A stretch of 20,306 nt of DNA, taken from positions 88,840 through 109,145 of IMG/VR virus record IMGVR_UViG_3300045125_000169. The stretch is one strand, 5' to 3'. The stretch is from a virus. Shown here piece by piece: positions 8,820 through 17,827 of this stretch. A program made the translations under genes and the position numbers. Each line of letters begins with the position of its first letter. Within the stretch, counting starts at the first letter, position 1. A model generated the notes under the pieces. The model ran no database searches. It had not been told where the DNA came from and was given only the letters and a program-made list of their open reading frames with translations.

Positions 8820-11800
8820 TCAGTACCCAAGGACAATAACGTCTCCCGTACTGTGTGCGGTTAAAACGGGACGTATGACCGTAGAAGAAGCTCTTAATCT
8901 ATCTGTCACGAAATCTAAGAACTGGAAGCCAAGTGCATAAGGCCCTCGGACAACAAACTGTCCGAGAGTCGCAGAACCAAAATTGATTGACTGTATGCCG
9001 TGATTAGTGCCTTCTATTTTAAACTTAAACCGCTTGCTAATGCCAGTATTTATTTCCTCAAGATGATAGGTTATCGGTGGAATATAACTGTTACGATTTT
9101 CAAATCGTAAATCAAAAGCCAAAAACTCACGCGGCTCATAAGTCCCGTGGGTTAAAAGATGGCCACCAAAATACCGCGAGAGAAGAAACTGAGAGTCACG
9201 ATTTTCTCCCAGGACAAGCGCATATCGATCGCCAGGATGCTCGTAATCAAGCCAATAACTGAGACCTGTTGCATTTGGGTCTAAAACCAAAGAGTTCTGA
9301 GTGCAAAATTCTAACACCAAATGTTGACCGGAGGTCGTCAAAAGAAAGGTGACAGGACCGTTAATTGTATACGAGGTATTGGCGTCTGAATTTTTAAACG
9401 TGTGTGTCCCAATAAAGGTGACCGCAGGCAACGCTTCTAAGCGAAAAAGACCCGAAGCTGGAAGGGTAGCCGACCCGAAATAGCTGGACTGCGTGACCCC
9501 AGCGGGGGAGCTAACCGAATACCCGCGCCATAACCAAAGACAGACCCCCCCGAGAGGACGCCTTGGGTGTTGCCAGAAATTCTCGGCCAACGACGCGAAT
9601 TGATGATCGCAAGCGCACCGCTCGAAAAACTGGTTTCTAATGTCGTGGTCGAGTCATTCATCACACCGCAAAGGGAACCTGTGTACGCTGACGGTTGCCA
9701 TTTCAAACCAAATAGTTCACCCTCTTTACGAGTCCCCAAAGGCAAAAGTTCTTTTTTGACGAGGCTCGGATACTCCGTGATGATCTTGGTCTCGGCTTGA
9801 TTGATCGACACCAACTCTTCGCGGTACTGACGGTCTTGAAGCGCAAGCAGACGACCCGATCCTAAAACCGATTCACCCAAAGACTTCCAACCGTTGTTGC
9901 TCCTGACGATCGTCCAGTGACCTAAGGGCTTACTGGGTCGATTGGACCTGTAGAGCAAATCCCCTTTGTAGGTCCACGAGACGAAATTGTAACTTGCTTC
10001 CTCTTGCGCACTGAGACTGACAAGCCGACCTCGTGCCGCAAAGGCACTGCCGTAAATACTGCCATCGTTAGCAAGGAAGAAAACTCCCATCTCCCGGTTT
10101 GCAGAGGTGCCTGTCTCAGCGGGAAGGGGGCAGGCCACACGGACACCATCGACCGTGGCTTGAGTCACGGGATAGCGCACACGGCAATAATTGGAAAATC
10201 CGCTGGTCTGAGTTGCATTTGGTGTAACCGCAAAGGTCCAGCCGACCGTCGCGTAATCAGACCTCAACACTCCTGCTTGACCTGTTGATGAGCCACCCAG
10301 GACCCAAAAGACCGGATTGGAACCCGTGGTCCTTTCTAACTTCGGAGCTTCAAACCCACCAGAGGACGTTTGATGCACCGTACTCCAAATACCAGAGAGG
10401 TCTCTTAACGTGAGCAGCGCATCAAAATTTGCGCCACATTCTGTCAGGACCAAAACCGTTCCGTCACTCAAGACGAGAGGTGTCGCAGGAGCTTTTCCGG
10501 CCTGAGCTGCCATGGAGGGAAGGGGCTTCTCACCGTTGTAACCAACGCGCTCCCAGACCACGCGAGGTTAGGATCGACGATGTTTTCAATCCTTCGATAA
10601 AAGACGAGTTGACCGCCCTCGCGTGAGTCTTCTGAAGCCACAATATCCCAACTCCCCACCACGGGATTGTAGGCGATCTGCGGTATGGCCGCATTCAGAC
10701 TGACGACATACGGCCCATTGAAATCTGTGCCAGCCCTCTCGATCGTCAGGGTGTCGGCTTCGACATCGTATTGAATGAATATGAGACGGTTTGGAGCACT
10801 TATGGTCCTGTAAACGAAGCCAACCTTTTTTTGTCGGGCGTAATCGCCCAACTAAAATCAAAGCACTGATGAACCCCGAAATGGCAATATCACCGCGTAT
10901 TGGAGAACCATACATGTACTCGGTCTGTCTGCCTTGATTTGTTCCGTATCGTGCGTTGGCGGTCCAGAAGTAACCACCCCGACTGAGACCAGCCCAAAGA
11001 TAAGGAAGGCCCAGGTTTTTTACGACCGTACCCGTGTCGTACCAAGTCACACCCTCATAGTCCGAACAAGTGCCAAAACTACTAACTCCATGCGGTGGAA
11101 GTTCCGGTTCGGCATAAGAGGCCATTTGCAGGCTGAGTTCTCCCCCACGGTCCACGCCCACCTGGGCGCTGTAGCAGTTCGTCGGGGTGTTGGAGAAAAC
11201 CGCTTGATCCGTAAAAATACGCTTCGTGAAAACCGACCACGCTTGCGTTTCAAACCCACTTATTGAGCCGCTGAGAACGCCTCGAATCAACCCTTGGGAC
11301 GGTGCCCAAAAGAAAACATCCTCGACAAGTGTAGACGCTCCGACGTAGGCATCTCCGAAGGTTCGACCTAACATGGACCCACTGCGGCTGGTGACGTTGG
11401 GAGTGCCCATCGCTAGTGTGTTGAGGTAAGTGCCTCCGGTGCCAATCACAGACAGGTTCCAGACTGTCGGGCTAGAGCTTGCCCCTTCAAACAGGGTGTA
11501 GAGCTTCATCTGCCCCGTGGCCCCTGTCGCGAGCCACATCACGGCCTTGAAGGTCGGATGGTAGACCGCTCCCAGGCTTTGAGTCAGCCCACTGGTTTCC
11601 GCCCCGCTAAGGGTCAGTCCGTCCGGTGCGCCAAGGGCCGCTGAGTCGAAGGTGTTCGTCAGGCGAAGCCACCGGAAGAGCGTCGGTCTGCCGCTGCGGG
11701 CGTTGGAACGGACCAGAAATTGAAATCCTGTCGGGCTTGCGGCCCCGTGGCCTGCCATCGCATCGGACGAGGGATTGTATTGGAAGCTCCCCGCTGTAGC

Positions 11801-14720
11801 CCAGGTGACTTGCACATCTGTTCCTGCCGAAGGACTTTGATCGGTCAACGTGACTTTAGTCCAGGCGTCAGAGGTCACCGAGTAACGCCACCACGTCGGA
11901 CGGTTTGAGCGTCCCACGTCACTCACAAGAGCCACGACATCGCGAGTGCCCATGGTGTCGTTATAAAGATCGAGGTTGGCAATCACACCTGAGCAGGTTC
12001 CCGCAGGACTGATAGTGCGCTTGGTGAAAGTAAACGTTCCCGCTCCCCATCCACCGCTATCGGTCGAGGATGTCCAAGAGCCGTGATATGCAATAAATTC
12101 TTGAGTGCTCGAAGCTCCCAAAATGTAGACCGTTTGTCGATATGGGTCCAGCACCCAGCTATGTGGCGTGAAGGTTCCAAAATAACTGCTGGTCAAAACC
12201 GCAGCGAGTCGAGCGGTCCCAGGCCCACCACACAAAACATAAAACGTCGTCTTGGTCGCATCGTGAGCAACCGTGATAAACGCTCCGTTGGGCTGACAGA
12301 AAGCGAAATTCTCGACTCTCATAGTTGACCAGTCGAGACGTAAGATGCTTTCACGGTCGATGCTTGGCGGAACTAAAATATTGCCTTGGAAAAATTTCGA
12401 CAAAGGCAGGCCCGACCGTTGCAAGAAGCCACCATTGTCCCCATCCATATTCAGGGTCTCAGGGTCGAGCGTGACGTTGAATCCTGTATCCTTCGGGTGG
12501 TAGGACAAAAGACCACGAGAACCAGCCGCCTCTGTGAATACTCGCGGAGCAACCGCATCAATATAATTGTCGTCCTGGTAATACCGAATCGACTTCCCAT
12601 CAACCGTTGTGAAAAGGGAATAGTTTTGTGTCTGCAAAGAAAAATCAACCTGCCCTGCCTCATAAAAAGACGTGCTCGACGGTACAGTTGTGACGAGGGG
12701 TAAGGAAACCGAATCACGAACGGTTGGACTTTGCAACGTCCCCCAACCGGACGCCATGGTGTAGGAGAGCACTTGACCATCGGTTTTGAGAAGCGCAAGG
12801 CCCGTACCGAGCCGTGTCATGCTCGTGAAAGGGCCGCTCCCTGCGGGATTTCCCTGGACAAGACGCCAGCCTTTTGCAGGTCGATCAAAGTAGTACAGCC
12901 CGGAAGTCGGAACTAGGCCGTATAAGGTCCCCTGATGGTTGATAAGATGCGTGGGAACCGAAGGCACTCCGTTCAAAAGGGCGCTGCTATCATACCAAGA
13001 TCCAATCGCGGGCTCAGTGGAGATGCGGCTTTCTGGTGTTTCTGTTTGATATTGAAGGTTAGTTCTTTCGTAGAGTTTTTGTAAAAGTGCCGTATGATCG
13101 GCGACCTTCTTGGTGAGATTGGCCCCTTTGAAAGACGCAAACCCGTCAAAAAGAGGCGCAGGGTTTCGGCCCTCCGTCATGCCAAGATAGCGACCAATCG
13201 GAAGCAGGGAGCCGTTGATATCAAACGTAGTGGTGGCACTGCCGGGAAGAAGCCTTTTTCCATCCAACCAAAGAGCTTTACCAGAAGAAGAAAGAGCGTA
13301 GAGCAAGACTTTCTGTCCGAAGTTGTCGGACCTAAGACTAAAGATCTCGTCATCGCCACAAGAGTGGCTGAGGAACCACTCACCAAGATCACAGCACAAT
13401 AGTTGACAGGAACGACCAGGGAACCCGCAGAAAACGTCGCAATAGGATCTGTGCGATGAATCGAGCGCAGTGAGAAAGTTGGATACGTTAAAGTGTTAGT
13501 CGCTCCATTCCAAGAAAAACTCCACTACTGGGACGCCCTTCAGAGTTATACACGGGGTCGTCAGACGAGAGAAAAAGTTTCTCTCTTCAAACATATTTTG
13601 TTCAAAAAGATCCAACTTCTCCCAAAGAGCCGCAGCCGATTTCGCCAGAGAGGGTGTGTGCGTGAATTGATTCGAGAGAACCATTTCGGTCGAGGTGACA
13701 AGCGGTTGGCCTGTAAAACTCTTGAGGGGGTTCAGTGCATTGTTGACGTTGGCCGTCAACGTGTTGGGTGAGTTGCCATAACGAAGAGTTGAAGTGCCGT
13801 TGTCAACGGCTTGGCTTAAGGAAGTCGCGCTCGCAAAATGATTGCAAATGATTTTATTGTCTGTAAGAGAAATACTCGAAATTTTATAAGCGGGGCCTTC
13901 TAACGTCGTTGAAAAAAACTTTTAGAAAGACAACCCTCACGACTTTCAAACTGAACCGCTGCCCCTTTAAAAGGACCATGAAACTCGCAGGCTTCGACCG
14001 TTTGCTGCACCCCTGAAAAGCCACCGCGACGGTGGTTGCGCTAGTATTAGTCGTGGAAAATTTGCTAAAAAGAACTCGGCTGCGAGGTCCAACCAGAGAG
14101 ATGCCTAAGCGAGCAACATGGATCAGAGAGCACCTTTGCAACGTAGACTCTTCGCCTGCAAGGACCACTAACGGCTGATCGGTGATGGCGGCTCCGTTTA
14201 AGGTAAAACGGTCCACCAAACTTCCAACACCCACGGCGAACAGGGGGAAGTTGCCCGAAGTTGTCAGAGTGGTGATTGCCGGGTGAACACCGAGAAGGCG
14301 AATATGGCTTCCGAGGCTGACGGTCTCATTAAAAGTGTAGGTTCCGGCCAGAACAACCAACCAGCCGCCCTCGCTGGGCAAAGAGGCTAGTGCGTCTTCA
14401 AACACCTGATGGGTCGAACCTTCAAAATCAGCCCCTGAGCCTATAGGTCCGACCAATTTGAAGGCTCGCATCTCGAACCGATTTTCATATTTTGCCACGG
14501 TCACAAACGGATTGGTTGCGTTCGGCCCTGTGAGCGCGTTGCGCAGACCTGCCACAAAGGTGTCAGGCTCTAAAGCATACGGCTCAAGTTTGGTAAGGAC
14601 CGTATTCCACGGGTCTAAGGGAGCAATACCCCCCACTTCGGGATAGGCAAAGGCTTGCGACGACCGAATAACGGTATCGAGAATTGAAACGACGGAAGGT
14701 GTTGAAATCTTCTGTTGCAC
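8820..14720 (-). CDS. Giant modular tail fibre/receptor-binding protein (~1960 aa; about 8 apparent frameshifts)
   Basis: GTG start at 14720 after GAAAGG. ORF pieces 13884-14720, 13496-13759, 13177-13392 (part), 10586-13399, 10468-10851, 9437-10561 and 8820-9590 join at about 14010, 13915, 13575, 13515, 13322, 10830, 10560 and 9522. It has an N-terminal beta-helix (VGPIGSGADFEG...LVVLAGTYTF), two linker modules ending EERN/YERTN, then about 1100 aa of W-rich, propeller-like sequence. Exact junction positions are approximate. Confidence 0.68.
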
Positions 14721-14732
14721 AAGAGACGCCTT

Positions 14733-17548
14733 TCAAGTTCCAAATACCAAGGTGCCCGACAAGTTTTGCACCCAAAGAAACTGATTCTGTTTCAGCCTCG
14801 TCAACGGCAGAGTCACACGCTGGATCGTGACATTCTGGTCCGAACCTGGGTTCCAAGTGTGCGTGATGAGAAGACCTTGACCCGAAGCCAACGTGGTGAG
14901 GTTGGCGCTTACGCTCGTTTGATCGAGGAAGACGTTCCGTGTAATCGGCAAACCCGTGGCGGTGGTCAGCGCGAGTTTTTCCCAAAGCAGATCGGTCCCC
15001 GTCCATACGATGTTATCCGTGAGAACCGTGGGTGTGGCCGTGGGAATGACCTGCCTGCCAAAACCAAGCGGGGTCGGCCAACGGCCTCCAGAAATCAACT
15101 CCGTTTGGTCCCAAAGGAAAAGAGATGTGCCTTTCCGACGAGCAAAGGCAAAGTATTTGGTGCGGTTCGGGTAGTCGTTTGGAAGCGGTAAAGACCCGTT
15201 GGTCGTCAGCACCGTTCCTGCAACTTGCGATGTAGACGAGGATAGGGTGTTTTGCGTCCAACTGAGATAGAGCAGTTGTCCGTCATTTAAGGTCCAGGTT
15301 TGAGGGTTGACGACCACACGGCCTGCGTTGTGCGGAAAGTTATAGGTCAAAGTGTCGGAAAGCGTCAGTTGGCTTCCGTCATAACCCAAATATCCGTCAC
15401 TTGGGATTTCAATGATGTGATTACTGTACTCATAAAGAGTTCGCAAAAGCTGATCGTGCTTTTGGACCCGAATAGTCAAAGGCTCATTTTCTATGCCTGC
15501 GAAGTTGGCTGAATACGTCGCATCGTAATCGTTATAGTCAGTCGCTCCGAGGTAGTCGATCATCGACTTGGAAGAGCCATCGATAAAATAAGTGCCTGTC
15601 TGCCCACCTGTGCCTGGGAACCTTGAACCGCCCCCACCTCGCCACCAAAGAGTGTCTCCCAGACAATAAGCGAGCACGAAGACCTGACGATTGCTTGCAT
15701 CATTGACGATCGACCCTACAGGATCAATAAACGGTGCGAGAGTAATATTGGAAGCATTCAAGGTGCGGTCGAGTTTGTAATAAAGCGCATCCCCGCTATT
15801 GAGCGTGACCGAAGACACGGTGCGGCCTGAGACTGTCACATAAAGGTCTTGCGCGACGTTGGCCGACCATGTGGCACCAGAGTTTTGCGAGTTGACCACG
15901 CTGCCTAAGTTATAAGCGTTGGGGTTGGTGGTGTACGAGACGTTTAGGGCGGAAGAAAAGGTCGTCGAGCCCACCAGGACAATCGCATAATAAGAGCCTG
16001 CGTTGACGCTGATAGGACTACTGAACGTGAAGGTCACGTCCGTGGCCGTGGTGCTTAAGGATGTAAAGTTGATGATAGCCGAAGACCCTAGCGAGCTTCC
16101 CGCTGGGGCAGGTGTTCCCTCGACCGTGGTCACTTGGTAGAGACGAGCATGAACGGACCCCGTAGCTCCCGCCGTGCGCGACAACTTAAATTTGGCCGAA
16201 CTGATTGAGCCCGTGTAAGGGCTTTGAAAGGTTTGCCCTAGATAAGCCGCACTCCCTGCAAAGCTCAAAGCACCGGAGGCACTGGTCTGGGTCGCGTAGT
16301 TGACCGTCGTGTAAGAACCCAGTTGCGGCAAAATCCAATAGGCTTCGCGGTGACTGGACACAAGACGCATCGGACCACTGGTGCTAACCTGATGGGACAC
16401 TGGGTTCCAAGACACCGTGGTCGTGTCGGTGTCACCCATCAAGTGGAAGTTGCGCTCCTCATACCGCCATTGGAGCAGGAGATCCATCGCTCCAGCACGA
16501 GCCGTGAGGTTTTCCCCGCAGGCCCTGCATAATTGTTGGAATATATTGGTGACCCTTGTAGGACAGAAGTGCTGCCGATGTATTGCAAGAGTTTATTGAA
16601 GTCATCGACTTCGTTATTGTTTGAATTGGGTGTGTTCGCCCTAAATAGAACAGTTGTTTGACCTTCACTATCAAGTACAGGGTCAAGGCTATAACCGCCG
16701 TCATTGAGATGGTTGCCGACAATTCTTGTCTGGGACGCACCGGAAACGAGGAGTTGGCCGTTTTTAAAGACGTTACCAATAATCGACCATGCTGCGGGAC
16801 TGGAAGCGTTGATGGCATAAGTCCCAGGGCAATCAAAGATGTTTTGGGAAATATGGACGTTGCTCGTGGACTCACCAACAAGAGACCCACCCGATAACTT
16901 ACAGCCATGCACATGAAGGTTGGAGATTCCCGACTGCATTTCGATCGTTTTACCATCGAGAGCCGCACTGATCTCGACGTTGGAAAAAGACACGTCATCG
17001 CCTTGGACCTGAACGACCGTGGCGGTCTCACAGGTATTGACGAGTTTGACATGCTCTAAAAAGAATTTTCACCGATGATTAAAACGGGATTACTCGTGGA
17101 CGTGGTGAGGATGGCCGTGCCTTCGGACGCGCCCATCACATAAGAGTTCTCGGGTATCGTGATCGACGAGGAGAAGTTGTAAGTTCCTGGCCTGACCGTG
17201 AGCCATCGACACCCGCTTGACAGGACGCTTTCCAAAGATCGCCTCGGTTTCGCCTTCATAGTCGGAACCTGATCCTGTTGGTCCTACCGTCTTCCAAGGG
17301 ATACGACCATCGAGCTTGAGGTTGAGATGCGAGACGGTGACATACGGATTTGATGCCGATGGAATCGAGGCATTGGTAAGCGCATTTTTTTCGTCAAATG
17401 TCGGTGACCGTGCTGCGATCTTTGCCAACACGGAGTCATAAAATTCACCGGAGGAGACATCGAGCGGAAGGTGGCTTGAAATCGTGGTGATCTTAGTGTC
17501 TAAGATCTTGTCCACATCCTCTGTTCTGATTTTAATATTGTCAGCCAT
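14733..17548 (-). CDS. Modular tail fibre protein with beta-helix and inserted jelly-roll domain (~940 aa; 3 apparent frameshifts)
   Basis: ATG at 17548 after TAAGG (alternative GTG at 17554). Joins at about 17232 (EAIF/ESVL), 17060 (ENSF/LEHV) and 16515 (AGPAG/ENLTARAG). It has VGPTGSGSDYEG...TVRPGTYNF followed by beta-helix repeats (ISQNIF, IIGNVF, IVGNHL) and a DUF4082-like domain GQTF...FTFSSPISVNAGSYYAIVL. Confidence 0.75.
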
Positions 17549-17557
17549 CGCCACGCC

Positions 17558-17824
17558 TTATTCTTGATCTGCTTCGTCTTCTTCCGCAAAATCGTCGTCG
17601 TATTCATCATCATCATCATCATCGTCGTCTTCATCAAAATCTTCAGCAGGCAAAGAGGCAATCAAAGGCAGTAGTTTGGTTTCACGCCAATCGACGACGT
17701 TTTGTGGCTCGACCACATAAAAGCACCAGACAAAGTAATCTAGGTGCATAAGCTCTTCCCGAGAGAGCTTCGAGAGGTCTATCAGGATCAATTCGTCAGG
17801 CGACATGCTACAAAAATCAACCAT
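17558..17824 (-). CDS. Small hypothetical protein with highly acidic C-terminal tail (88 aa)
   Basis: Fills the gap between two fibre genes on the same strand and ends EDFDEDDDDDDDDEYDDDFAEEDEADQE. Confidence 0.72.
   Translation of the reverse strand: MVDFCSMSPDELILIDLSKLSREELMHLDYFVWCFYVVEPQNVVDWRETKLLPLIASLPAEDFDEDDDDDDDDEYDDDFAEEDEADQE
17604..17627. repeat. Trinucleotide tract (TCA)6(TCG)2 encoding Asp8 on the minus strand
   Basis: Read directly from the sequence. Confidence 0.9.
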
Positions 17825-17827
17825 GGT

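Noticed and set aside
14721-14735. Second in-frame TGA junction suggesting TGA recoding or fusion
   Set aside because: The downstream ORF begins with an N-terminus paralogous to that of the upstream gene and has an SD. TGA also terminates all three collar genes at their canonical IIK[IF] ends, so genome-wide recoding is unsupported.
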